A DNA stretch of 63,502 bases, filler included, from Pelomyxa schiedti (GCA_020536535.1; 8 parts of 8 records of this genome joined end to end with filler, not necessarily neighbours in it); one strand, 5' to 3'. Counted from the whole stretch's first letter, positions 32,792 through 43,701 are shown. Notes: generated from the letters alone by a model not told the origin. Numbers and translations are program-made.

Positions 32792-34141
32792 ATGTCGCTC
32801 ACAATTGGTGGTGACGACCACGACCAACCAACACCAGACGCACTGCCACCGCCATCGTGGCTTGCCGACATCCGCGTCGTTCAGGGTGTTCGTGCCCGCG
32901 ACCAAGTCCTGGCCCTCGCCCTCGCCGGCCACTCGCGCCGCTGCGGCGCCAACTCCCCCGCCCGCGTGCTCACCCCGCACCTCGTCGCGCAGTTGTGGGA
33001 CTCGTGGGTCCTCGCCTGCCTGCGCCCCGTCGTCGTGGAGGCGCGGCTGGAGCTCGCCCCCGCTGGGGGGAAATCGGCGTCGTGCTGCGTGGGCCTGAGG
33101 CTGTCGCCCGTGCTTCTGGGGCTCGTGGGCGACGCACGCGCGGCCCAGAAGACGGTGCGGTGGAGCGGGGAGCACCGCATCACCAGCTGCCGGTTTGTGG
33201 GCGAGACGCTGTGCTGCGTGGAGCGCGCCGCCGCCGCGGGGCCGTGGGACGCGGTGGTGGTCAGGCGCACGGGGCCGCTGGGCGCGGGGGGGTGGCGCGG
33301 GAGGGAGGCGTGCATGATCCCCAGGATGAACTCCATGCTGAGGGAGCCGTACTCTGTTAACCAGGAGTGGTGGCTGCAGTGGATAAATAATGGGACGACA
33401 GGCTACTCGTTGGTCGTGAGGAGCCTCGGCTGTGTTGGTGTTGATGATCGTGATCATGACGGAGATGAGGGTCTTCCTGTGGTTGTGGTTCCTATTCCTG
33501 ACTGCTGGTATTTCGGCAAGTCATTCTCCTTCAGTAAGCTGAATCCGTCACACGCGATGATGATCGTCGACGGGGGGGAAAAAGGGGGCATCGCTATAGT
33601 GGTGTTTGATGTCGCCAAAACGTATTCAACAAAGAGCCTGCAGGTGGTGAGCACGACGCACTGTGGCACAGTGACACCAGAGTGGCTGAACAACTTCCAC
33701 TTGGGAAACATTCTTGAGATGCGAAACAGGGCTGGTGAAACCGTGTTTGTCTTCGAGGCCTCTTCACTGGCTTCATATCACACACCAAGTGTTGTGTATG
33801 CTGTCCAGCCAAATGGAGATGCCACTCAGGTTTATTCTGAAATTGGGGCAGGAGTCCTTACACAAGTGAGTGGATCACTGTTCAGCATTTACCACAAGAG
33901 CACAGAGGTGTTGGATATCTGGGATTGCAGTGACACTTCACCAGCAACAACAAGAAAGCCTCTGAGGAGCTTCAACGAGGGCAAGAAGTGCATTTCAGGT
34001 GGTGGATTCCAGTTCATTGCAAACAAGAGGCAACTTCAGGTGATAGATGCAGAATCAGGAAACAACGTAGTCACAATTGAGTTCCTTTCCTCAGGTTGGG
34101 TCATAAAATCACTCCTCCAAACAACCTCTTTCTTGTGGTGA
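32792..34141 (+). CDS. TSFLW-family protein, tandem paralog
   Basis: IRVVQGVRARDQVLALALAGHSRRCGANSPARVL ... TTSFLW. Confidence 0.8.
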   Translation: MSLTIGGDDHDQPTPDALPPPSWLADIRVVQGVRARDQVLALALAGHSRRCGANSPARVLTPHLVAQLWDSWVLACLRPVVVEARLELAPAGGKSASCCVGLRLSPVLLGLVGDARAAQKTVRWSGEHRITSCRFVGETLCCVERAAAAGPWDAVVVRRTGPLGAGGWRGREACMIPRMNSMLREPYSVNQEWWLQWINNGTTGYSLVVRSLGCVGVDDRDHDGDEGLPVVVVPIPDCWYFGKSFSFSKLNPSHAMMIVDGGEKGGIAIVVFDVAKTYSTKSLQVVSTTHCGTVTPEWLNNFHLGNILEMRNRAGETVFVFEASSLASYHTPSVVYAVQPNGDATQVYSEIGAGVLTQVSGSLFSIYHKSTEVLDIWDCSDTSPATTRKPLRSFNEGKKCISGGGFQFIANKRQLQVIDAESGNNVVTIEFLSSGWVIKSLLQTTSFLW

Positions 34142-34341
34142 TGAAGGTCAATGTTCCCAGAAGCAAAAATAAAGAACCTTTCTTTCCCGGCAGTACTCTG
34201 GAATAAGGCACACAGTACAGGCAAACCCACCGAGAGTCAGTGGTTAAACTCTCTTGGTGAATGAGTGTTTTTGAGGATGTGGCCACTTCCAGATGATGTA
34301 CACAAGCATCAACCGCACCACCGTCGCACAATTTGGATGAC

Positions 34342-35210
34342 ATGGCAAATATCGGCAGTTGTAGAGGGGGTGGTGACGGGGTGGGAGGAGTGGTGGAGCC
34401 CAAGCGCACACGCGGCGGCGTAATTGTGGGAGGAAGGACCTGCACAAATCTAGCTGCAACTGGTGTGCCTGTGTTGTGTGTTTTGTTGTTTTTGTTGCTT
34501 TGTTACTTTGTGTTTTGTTGATTTAGTGGATATTCTGGCTTTTAATGCCGAACAGGTACTTTCTTTCTTTTATAAGGATATCAGCACTGAAATTGACGAG
34601 GCACTCTCTGATCTGAAACGCCAAATCAAATCATTTGATTGGGGAAATTTACAGAAAAATTGCCGAATTGAAATCCCAGGCGCAGGAAAATCTTTCTGTT
34701 TGTTTTCCTCGGTAATTATTTACTGACATTAAATTTGTTTGTTTTTATAACTGAATTGCCAGAGTTCACTGTTCAAGCTTGAAACTCTCAATACAACAGA
34801 CTTCAGAATCAAACAGAAGGTACCTAAGCATATTTATATTTCTCCACAGAGCTTACGAATTTCACAAAAAAAAAGCTATTATTCCCGAGAATATTTGATA
34901 AAACTCTTGTGAATACATTTTCTGACATTCAAATTACCTCTGGTGCGTGGGGCCAAATGAATTCTTAATTGTCAATTTAACAGCCACAAAAAATAAAACT
35001 AAAAAGGTGCACACATTTTGGACCTTCCTCAACCAGTTTTGACCCAAATCATTTCATATGTTCCAGCCAGCTTTTCTTCTTCTCTTCGCAGGGTTTGCCA
35101 TGCATTCTGGGAAGCAGTTCGTGAAGGTTAACAGTGCCTGAAGCTTTTCTTTAAATCAACTTCATACAGACACCACTTGTGAATTCATCACACTGGAAAT
35201 GCTTGTAAGG
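34342..35210 (+). CDS. Multi-exon gene or pseudogene carrying an F-box motif (apparent frameshift in an A-run near 34990-35005)
   Basis: 35012-35125 reads HILDLPQPVLTQIISYVPASFSSSLRRVCHAFWEAVRE, which fits the F-box pattern; several short GT-AG introns upstream; 3' end unclear. Confidence 0.55.
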
Positions 35211-35349
35211 TGGGAATCCCATACACACACCCAAATGGCTTTTCCCCAAATTTCACATCAACATAAAGATACGGGACAACATAAACTAACAAACGTTGTT
35301 TTGAATTCATGCACTTGGACAACTTTTATGATCATAATCAACATTAATC

Positions 35350-36654
35350 ATGGACGAAGAGCCCATTCAACAACGACACCCACAATTGTGGCGTGGTGAC
35401 ATTCGCGTGGTTCAAGGGGTTTGGGCTGCAGACCAAGTCGCTGCGCTGGCCCTCGCCGGCCACTCGCCCCGCTGCGGCGCCAACTCCCCAGCGTGCGTTC
35501 TTTCCCCGCACCTCGTCAACCAATTGTGGGACTCCTGGGTCATTGATTGCCTTCGTTCCGTAGTTATAGAGGCAGCCGTGGGAGACCAGGGGCCTTCATT
35601 CCGCAGCTTTTCATCACCCAAGGTCTCGGTGATGCTGAAGCTGTCCCCTGTGCTTCTTGGACTTGTGGGTCGCGTCGATTGCCTGGGGGTTACTGGGGAT
35701 CACAAGCGGTGGGTGGACGACACCAGATTCTGTGTGGCTCGCGAGAATGCCACTTTCATGGTTACTCTCGGCCGAACTGGAATTGTGGGCGCCGGCGAGA
35801 AGTGTGGCAGCAGCCGGGAGATGCCCCTGTTTCCACACAAGAACCTAGTTGAAGAATACTTTGTGAACCAGGAGTGGTGCCTGCAGTGGATAAATTATGG
35901 GAAGCCAACTGGTTTCTCGTTGGTTGTGAGGAGACTCCCACGAGGTGATGAGAGGGAGATGGTGGAGATCCAAGTTTATTACCAGCCTGTTATTGTACCG
36001 CTGCCTGCTTCTAAGTATTTCGGCGAGTCATTCGAATTCAGCAAGGAGATTCCGTCACGTGCGGTGATGATTGTGGACGCTGGTGATAAACCAGGCACAA
36101 TGTTGGTGGTGTTTGATGTTGCCAAAACGCATGCCACGAGAAGCCTGCAAGTTGTGAGCACAACTCATTGCGCTGCACTTACTCCAGAGTGGCTTGACGG
36201 ATTCCCCTTGTGTCGTCTTGCTCTGATGCAAAACAGAGCTGGCGAAATTGTGTTTCTTGTTCAGTCTTCTAGCCTTTCGTCTCCAAGTTTTGTTCACGCC
36301 GTGCAAGCAAATGGGGACACCACACAACTGTACTCTGGAATTGGCTCTTCTCCCCTGAGGCAGGTGAGTGGATCACTGTTCAGCATTTACCACAAGGGCA
36401 CCCAAGTGTTGGATGTCTGGGACTGCAGTGACACTTCACCGTCGGCAACAAGGAAGCCATTGAGGAGCATCAACCTGGTCAAGAACTGCAGCTTCGTTTC
36501 AGGTGGTGGTTTCATTTTTATTGTGACAACCCCTGACTGCAAGCAACTTCAAGTTGTTGATGGAGCATCAGGAAACACCACAGTAACAATTGAGTTCCTT
36601 GCTTCTGGTTGGTGCATTGAGTCACTCAGCCAAACAACATCCTTCTTGTGGTGA
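35350..36654 (+). CDS. TSFLW-family protein, tandem paralog (434 aa)
   Basis: IRVVQGVWAADQVAALALAGHSPRCGANSPACVL ... TTSFLW. Confidence 0.8.
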   Translation: MDEEPIQQRHPQLWRGDIRVVQGVWAADQVAALALAGHSPRCGANSPACVLSPHLVNQLWDSWVIDCLRSVVIEAAVGDQGPSFRSFSSPKVSVMLKLSPVLLGLVGRVDCLGVTGDHKRWVDDTRFCVARENATFMVTLGRTGIVGAGEKCGSSREMPLFPHKNLVEEYFVNQEWCLQWINYGKPTGFSLVVRRLPRGDEREMVEIQVYYQPVIVPLPASKYFGESFEFSKEIPSRAVMIVDAGDKPGTMLVVFDVAKTHATRSLQVVSTTHCAALTPEWLDGFPLCRLALMQNRAGEIVFLVQSSSLSSPSFVHAVQANGDTTQLYSGIGSSPLRQVSGSLFSIYHKGTQVLDVWDCSDTSPSATRKPLRSINLVKNCSFVSGGGFIFIVTTPDCKQLQVVDGASGNTTVTIEFLASGWCIESLSQTTSFLW

Positions 36655-36798
36655 TGAACATTTTGGCAAATGGACGTTAAAGAAAGTTATTAGAAGTATT
36701 TTATAGAGAAAATGAGAGAACAATTGTTCTGAGAGATTGTCATGGTTTGGAGAGTGATGTGAGCAACTTGTGGTGATTGAAATTGCAGTTTTCTCCAG

Positions 36799-38523
36799 AG
36801 CAACAACAGACAACGACAAAGTCACGCAACGCGCCACGCGTGGGAACCGCGGCGTGGTTCTGCGCCGCGCGTGACGGCGACATCGACGCACTGCGGCGTC
36901 TGCTTGCCGGCGACCACTACCTTCTAAACTCTGTGAACGACGAACAAGAACGAGTGGTGCGAATGTGTAACAACTTTTTTTTTTTTACACGATATTAATT
37001 CATTTTGTGTGCACCCACACACACACGCAGACAGCGTTGCATGTAGCCACGTGGGGAGGGAAACCACGGTGCATTGAGTTCCTGTTGTCAATGAATATCG
37101 ATGTCAATTCTCAGGTATGCCCTTATTTTTATGTACAAACTCACAAACTTTACCTCTCACTTCGCAGATTGTGTGTAATACTCACCTGATTATGTTTACA
37201 TTCCCTTTCCTCTAAAAACGTAAATCAGGGGAAGCCTGTGCGTAACCATTGAAGACACCTCCTTCCACAGTTCTGTCCAAAGCCGCTGAAGATGGCATCA
37301 ACAACCTTGGGAAACAAGGCACAACTGTGGAGGCATCAGTTCTCATGCTGGTCACTGACCAATTGTCACAAACCCTGTCAACTCTCCTTGACCACCAGAA
37401 AGTTCACCAAGGCAATGCAGAAAAGCTCGCCGTGCAAGTTGAAGTCACAGGGAACCAAGTGGCACAGGCACAGGCACAGGTGCAAGAACTGGAGCGCAAG
37501 CTCGCACAAGCAAGGCAACTGCTTGGTGAAACAACGCGGGCCAACACACTGTCAAAGAAGCAACTTGATGAGTCCAGAGAGCTCACTGCCACCATCACCC
37601 GGAACATCTCCATGGTGCACGAAAAGCGGGAGGCTCTTGAGCGCAAATTGGCCTCTGTGCAAAAGGTTCTGTACTCTCTGAGCCAGAAAGCAAGCACGCG
37701 AAACCTGCTGCAGTTTAACGTTGAGGACATCGGCTGCTTGCTCTGTGACCTGGGTCTCCAGAAGCATGCTGACAAGTTCAGCTTGAACGAAGTCGATGGT
37801 GAAGTCTTTCTGGAACTGAACAAGGCAGGACTGGAGGAGCTTGGGGTCACTCAGAGAGCTGAGCAGGACCTTCTATACCACACAAGGGCGATGATAACTC
37901 ATTGCGGTGCAATCCGCGCTTCGGGGGGTACAGAGGCTGCTGCATCGTGGGACGTGAACGAAGTTGAAAGCTGGTTGGAATCCCAAGGAATACCTCCCCA
38001 GGCCATCACGTGGTTCCACGAGACCATGGGAATAACAGGAATCTCGTTGCTTTACATGGAGCCACAAGAAATAAGCAGTGTTCCAGGTCTCACATTCGGA
38101 CCCCGGCACAAGCTCCTGAAGAGAATTGGAGAGCTCAAGTCCGCAGTTTACACTCCAAGAAATCCCCGAGCACCTTCATCCTCCGGTTTGAGTGCTTAGC
38201 ACACAGCAGCCGCACTATCGAGCATCCCTTTGGCTGTTCCGCCACCACTTGAATTCCTCTGCCCAATCACGTGTGACTTGATGGACACTCCCGTTGTTGC
38301 TGCCGATGGGTGTGTTTCGCAAACTGTTTGCACAATTCCTGTGTGTTTCTAATAACACTCAACTCGAAGATACTGTTATGAGAAGACTGCGATTGAGGAG
38401 TGGCTGAGGAAGCACAACACATCGCCGATGACCAACACTACTCTTCCCAGCAAAGCGTTGGTGGCCTGTCACACCCTCCGCAGTGTTATTCTCGACTGGA
38501 AGAAAACCAACAACATCCCATAA
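36799..38523 (+). CDS. Ankyrin + coiled coil + 2x SAM + U-box E3 ligase-like protein (start and one junction unresolved; possibly degenerate)
   Basis: AARDGDIDALRRLL, TALHVATWGGKPRCIEFLL; SAM: FNVEDIGCLLCDLGLQKHADKFSLNEVDGEVFLEL and WDVNEVESWL...GITGISLL...TFGPRHKLLKRI; U-box: PLEFLCPITCDLMDTPVVAADG|YCYEKTAIEEWL...SPMTNTTL...LRSVILDW. Confidence 0.75.
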
Positions 38524-39354
38524 ACCAACACATGCCCAATAACATCCCATGCCCCCATAATAACTGGGGGTCAAATAATCCAATTTCATGTTGGAGAATG
38601 TGTGCCTGTTGTTGGCTTATTTCAAGTGGGTGGAGGCGGAAGTAAAGCCTGACACTCTGTTCGTCAGCCCTTCTGGCATCCAGCAGGGTCCTGTTGTTGT
38701 TGAGTGGGGTGATAATAAAAAGGGAATGTACCTTGGTAATAGATTGAGTAGGCAGGTCGGCCCTACCACCTAAATAATATCTTGAAATATTCTGGAGAAA
38801 AAGTCAAGATAAAAAAAAAAAAAAATAGAAGAAGCCACCAACCAGGAGGTCACAAAGTGCCGGAAATGTAGAAAAGGAAAAGGGCAGTCTTCGCCTTTAC
38901 CTGTCATGGTTTAGTGGGGTGCCAACACTCCCATATGCATACAGCGTGAATGTGGAAAAGGACCTAGAGGAGGGACGCAAAGAAGGAGTGGAATACCGGT
39001 GGAATGGAGCCGAGCCGCACGCATTCTGCTGACGTCTACAACGCCACCTGGTTTTCAAATGTGAGAAGTCGAAAAAGAAAAACAGAGAAGAGAAATGGAA
39101 ACATACCGCTGTGCCCCTTCTCGTCATTGAAAATTCAATGACCTGTGTTGTTGCGAGAACAAGAACAAAAACAAAAACAAGACGAACCAAACGAAATAAA
39201 ACAAACTTAAATCACACGAGACAAAGAAAAGAACTGTGTGAAGCGTTGCCTCAACAGTTCAAAAAAAAAAACCGATGCCGACACCGATCTGGCACCAAAA
39301 TGCGACGCACAACTGTCCACCCCGGCCATTGTAAATGGATAAAAACAAACAGGA

Positions 39355-39428
39355 AAGCTCATGCTCAACTCTGTGTGATCAGAGTTGTTTCGGAGAACAG
39401 GTTTTTACACAGAGTTGAGCATGAGCTT
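39355..39428. repeat. Perfect 22-bp inverted repeat with 30-nt loop
   Basis: aagctcatgctcaactctgtgt (39355-39376) and acacagagttgagcatgagctt (39407-39428). Confidence 0.9.
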
Positions 39429-39572
39429 CCACCACCTTGCAGCCTCCCTAACCTCCTTGTACCCATCAGAGGCCCCCCTCCCTTCCTCGTACAACTTTGA
39501 AATGAGACCACCAGGGTGAACTTGTACTCAATTGGACTGTTCTTGATTCAATCGATGCAAAGAGAACTTCTT

Positions 39573-39680
39573 TTATGAAACACTTTGGACAAACAACCTC
39601 ACTCCTGTTGTCATTGTGAATATCGGCAATCCAGATGCAAGATCAGAGACTTGAAATTCGGTCCCTTCCTCCCTCAGGGC
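39573..39680 (-). CDS. 3' end of a probable further beta-rich family member (partial, at gap)
   Basis: ...EGTEFQVSDLASGLPIFTMTTGVRLFVQSVS-stop resembles the family C-terminal LQVIDxxSG motif. Confidence 0.35.
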   Translation of the reverse strand, partial: ALREEGTEFQVSDLASGLPIFTMTTGVRLFVQSVS

Positions 39681-39780
39681 NNNNNNNNNNNNNNNNNNNN
39701 NNNNNNNNNNNNNNNNNNNNNNNNNNNNNNNNNNNNNNNNNNNNNNNNNNNNNNNNNNNNNNNNNNNNNNNNNNNNNNNN

Positions 39781-40405
39781 GCTTCATATCACACACCAAG
39801 TGTTGTGTATGCTGTCCAGCCAAATGGAGATGCCACTCAGGTTTATTCTGAAATTGGGGCAGGAGTCCTTACACAAGTGAGTGGATCACTGTTCAGCATT
39901 TTCCACAAGAGCACAGAGGTGTTGGATATCTGGGATTGCAGTGACACTTCACCAGCAACAACAATAAAGCCTCTGAGGAGCCTCAACGAGGGCAAGAAGT
40001 GCATTTCAGGTGGTGGATTCCAGTTCATTGCAAACAAGGGGCAACTTCAGGTGATAGATGCAGAATCAGGAAACAACGTAGTCACAATTGAGTTCCTTTC
40101 CTCAGGTTGGATCATAAAATCACTCCTCCAAACAACCTCTTTCTTGTGGTGATGAAGGTCAATGTTCCCAGAAGCAAAAATAAAGAACCTTTCTTTCCCG
40201 GCAGAGTACTCTGGAATAAGGCACACAGTACAGGCAAACCCACCGAGAGTCATACTCGACGTGGTTAAACTCTCTTGGTGAATTAGTGTTTTTGAGGATG
40301 TGGCCACTTCCAGATGATGTACACAAGCATCAACCGCACCACCGTCGCACAATTTGGATGACATGGCAAATATCGGCAGTTGTAGAGGGGGTGGTGACGG
40401 GGTGG
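39781..40405 (+). repeat. Near-identical second copy or haplotype of 33770-34385 (TSFLW C-terminus 39781-40152 plus downstream DNA)
   Basis: Direct alignment with a few SNPs and small indels (e.g. gagagtcagtgg vs gagagtcatactcgacgtgg). Confidence 0.9.
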
Positions 40406-40666
40406 NNNNNNNNNNNNNNNNNNNNNNNNNNNNNNNNNNNNNNNNNNNNTTAATTAATTAANNNNNNNNNNNNNNNNNNNNNNNNNNNNNNNNNNNNNNN
40501 NNNNNCCCATATTCGTTAAAAAAGGTAGTTTCCCACTTGGTTGGTGCTGCTGTTGAGGCCATGACTTGCGGGGAATTTTTTGATGATGGGTTCGTTTCCT
40601 TCTTCTTTGAAAAACCACATGATCAGATACACACAAGAAAAAAAAGGGGCGTTTCGTTTCGTCTTG

Positions 40667-41035
40667 ATGCCGCTGTACATGGTGATTGAGAGGTACAAGT
40701 ACGGACCAGGGCCAGTTTACTCTCGATTCGAGCAGAAGGGCCGCATGGCACCCCCTGGTCTGACTTACATAAACAGCTGGGTGTCATCATCATCCCCTTC
40801 ATCACCGCCACATTCTACTGCTACTGCAACTACACCACCATCAACTACAACAACATCAACATCAACAACAGTTGGGGGGTGGTGCTGCTGGCAGGTGATG
40901 GAGACCAATGACAGGTCACTCATTGCCCAGTGGACAGCAAACTGGGATGACATTGTTGACTTTGAGGTGCACCCTGTGATGACGTCCCCAGAGGCTGCAA
41001 AGGCTGCAAAACTGTACATGGCCAACAACCCTTGA
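40667..41035 (+). CDS. DUF3303-family protein (prokaryote-type), intronless, with S/T-rich insertion
   Basis: MPLYMVIERYKYGPGPVYSRFEQKGRMAPPGLTYINSWVS...CWQVMETNDRSLIAQWTANWDDIVDFEVHPVMTSPEAAK matches the recalled bacterial DUF3303 consensus. Confidence 0.75.
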   Translation: MPLYMVIERYKYGPGPVYSRFEQKGRMAPPGLTYINSWVSSSSPSSPPHSTATATTPPSTTTTSTSTTVGGWCCWQVMETNDRSLIAQWTANWDDIVDFEVHPVMTSPEAAKAAKLYMANNP

Positions 41036-41167
41036 AAGGAACCAGTTTGTGAGCAGAAAACAATGTTTACTATAAGCTTGTCCATTTTACTTATCAGTGA
41101 AAGGAAAAAAGGGATTCTCTCTGTGCTGAGCACTCTCCTATTCAGGAGAAGGATAGTTGATAGTTGT

Positions 41168-41295
41168 TTAAGTTAAATTGTGAGGTTGGTGGGTTCTGGT
41201 TACGGCGGCGATGTATTCCGTGAAGGCGGTATTGTGTTGTATGTTTGTGGGCACTGTGGGTGGCTGATAGGCCGCCATGTTGAAGTGAAACTCGA
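41168..41295 (-). CDS. 3' end of the GH78 gene (overlaps 47250-47370; misplaced assembly segment)
   Basis: Identical sequence to 47250-47370; supplies the terminal ...HQPHNLT-stop. Confidence 0.75.
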
Positions 41296-41395
41296 NNNNN
41301 NNNNNNNNNNNNNNNNNNNNNNNNNNNNNNNNNNNNNNNNNNNNNNNNNNNNNNNNNNNNNNNNNNNNNNNNNNNNNNNNNNNNNNNNNNNNNNN

Positions 41396-41700
41396 TGCAA
41401 CTCCCACAGCACCCTCACCACGCCGAGCGTCGCGGACACCCACAGGAACACGTCCACCTCGGGGTCCCCCGACTCGGGGTCGTCCCCGTCCGCGAGGGTG
41501 AACCCCAGCTGGGCGGTGGCGCCCGCGACCCACTCGCGGCCAAACTCGGCCAGCCAGCCTTGGCCGCCCATAACCCCCAGGAGCCTCGCTGGGCTGTTGG
41601 TCCCTGCCCTGGCGCAACCAACACCTACTGCCAGTGCAACGAACTGATCAACAGCACATATACACTTGGTAACCTCCACCGTCACCTTCCTATCTGCCAT
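41396..41700 (-). CDS. N-terminal part of a divergent family member (partial, at gap)
   Basis: MADRKV...CAVDQFVALAVGVGCARAGTNSPARLL...LWVSATLGVV shares the family N-terminal motif. Confidence 0.6.
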
Positions 41701-41797
41701 CTTTTTGCTTGGATCGTTTTCGGCTTTTTGTTTTGTTTGTTGTGTGGTTCGTAGAAAGTGTGGCTATGTGTGTTGAATTGCAAAAATTAATTGGTTC

Positions 41798-43517
41798 TCA
41801 TTGCCACACACCTTCAAGAAGGCTGGCTGCTGGGTGTTGGGTGAGGTCTAGCTGCAGGTCATTCTTCAGGATGCTGAGTTTGTCCATTACTTCATCTGCT
41901 GGGGTGGTGTCACTCTTTTGGTCTTCTGCAGCAGTGTCAGAGTCAGAATCGGGTGGGCCACCAATCTTTTCATCTGTGTCAGTTTCTGACTCCACGTTAG
42001 TGCCACCCCATGTGTGTTGAGCTTCTTGGCTATTGTGAGTAGATGAGGCATCAATCAGAAGCAGTTCGCAGTGAGTAACATCTAGGAAATCAGCAGAGTC
42101 ACAAGGAACCCACCTTTTTGTTGGGTTAGTTTAGGTGTTAGGTCAACGGGAAATGCCTTAAATGACTGAATTTGCTTTTCAAGTGTTCCGGCCAAGCTGC
42201 TTTCATTGAAGTTGGGGATTGAGTAGTAAAAGGATTTTTGACTTGAACTATGAAATCCCCTTCTTCTCTAATGCACAGTTCCTTCTAAAGTGACTTTAGG
42301 GGAAGAAGGGAAAAATGAGAGTTCACACCTGAACATCTCCTGGTTTTGTTGGAAGCTCCAGTATGTAGCACAGATGAACATGTTGTTTCCTCTTATTACC
42401 GGTCTTTCCTTCACCCTGCGGCAGGAATAAACCATAGATGCCTTGTCCTGATGGAATTGCCGCTCTTGTTAGCCTGATTCCTTTGGTTATGGTCTCATGG
42501 CTCTCACCAGAAAGTACAGAGTTCCGGAAATCCACTGCGGAGTGCGTAACTTTGCCAATGACAGCCCACCCCTTTCTTGGGTCTGGTCGCCGGTGCCTTG
42601 GAGGAATTTGCTCCCCTAGGCTCGCATCTTCATCCTTTACTTTCTCCTTTTCATGTTGTGGCTTTTCTGGAAGTTTCTTGCGGCCAACGATAACCTATTT
42701 TTAATGTGAGAACAAAGCACACAGATACGCAAATTAACCTCTCTGAATGTATTCTTGGAGTTAGGCACCATAACCATAATCAGTCTCCTCACCCCCGCGA
42801 GATGCAGCTTGGCAGCGGGGCTTTGGGATTCAACCTTATCTGCATCCTCAGTCTTTGGGCAGTAGAAGAAATACACGCGGCCCTTCTCCAGCACATCAGG
42901 TGTCCCCCCACCGCGGTTCTCATGATGGTGGCCGCTCCACACGTGCATCATGCTATCCAGGTCGCCCTCACTAGTAAGGGTGCCGCCGCCGCCACCACCA
43001 CGACCACCACCACCACCAGCACCAGCACCACAAACAGCGGCCGCACTGGTGGCAGCGGGGGGGGGCTGTGATTCCTCCCCTCCCTCCTCAGCTTCTGTTT
43101 CTCTTTCACCGGTGGGTTCCTGCTTCTTCTCTCTTCCTCCTCCTCCCTCGTCATCCTCCTCCTTGTCCCCTCCCCCCCCCTCCTCCTCCTTGGGTTGTTC
43201 CCATGGTCACGCCAAGTCCCTCTCGCTCTCGCTCCACACCAGCCTCCTCCCCCTTGGCTTCTTTCCTCTTGTTGTAGTCCTCGTTGTCCTCCTTGCCGAC
43301 GCCACACTTCCCTTCTTGTTGATGTCGTCCTGCCGTCGTCATCGTCGCGGTGCTCAGTCTCCTCGTTTCTGGCGCCCCCACGTGTCTCCGCCTTCTGCCT
43401 CTCGGTCTCGGTCTTCTCCTCTTCCTCCTCATCGGGCGGCCCTTGTTGTCGAGGCCTCGTCACTCCTTCCTCGCCCACTGGGTCTCGCCGCTGCGTCTGT
43501 GTATCGGCTCGCGACAT
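41798..43517 (-). CDS. Conserved uncharacterised protein (LEKGxxYFFY / HLxYxLExP / VKNP family) with acidic low-complexity N-terminus
   Basis: VLEKGRVYFFYCPK, IVGRKKLPE, GQGIYGL, HVHLCYILELPTKPGDVQ, FIVQVKNP, FLDVTHCELLLI. The 5' reading frame is ambiguous around a G/C homopolymer. Confidence 0.6.
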
Positions 43518-43701
43518 TGCCACACAACTTACTTACAACAACACGCCCACCTCGGCAATTTGGAATACGAATGAGCAACCCATTGCCTTGGCACCTGTGT
43601 GAAAGAAAAGAGGCACGGTGATGGAAAAAAATCAAGGGCGCGGAAAAGGGTTGTATGAACAGAGGGGAACTTGGGGCATGTGCGTGTGTTGCGGTGTGGG
43701 T

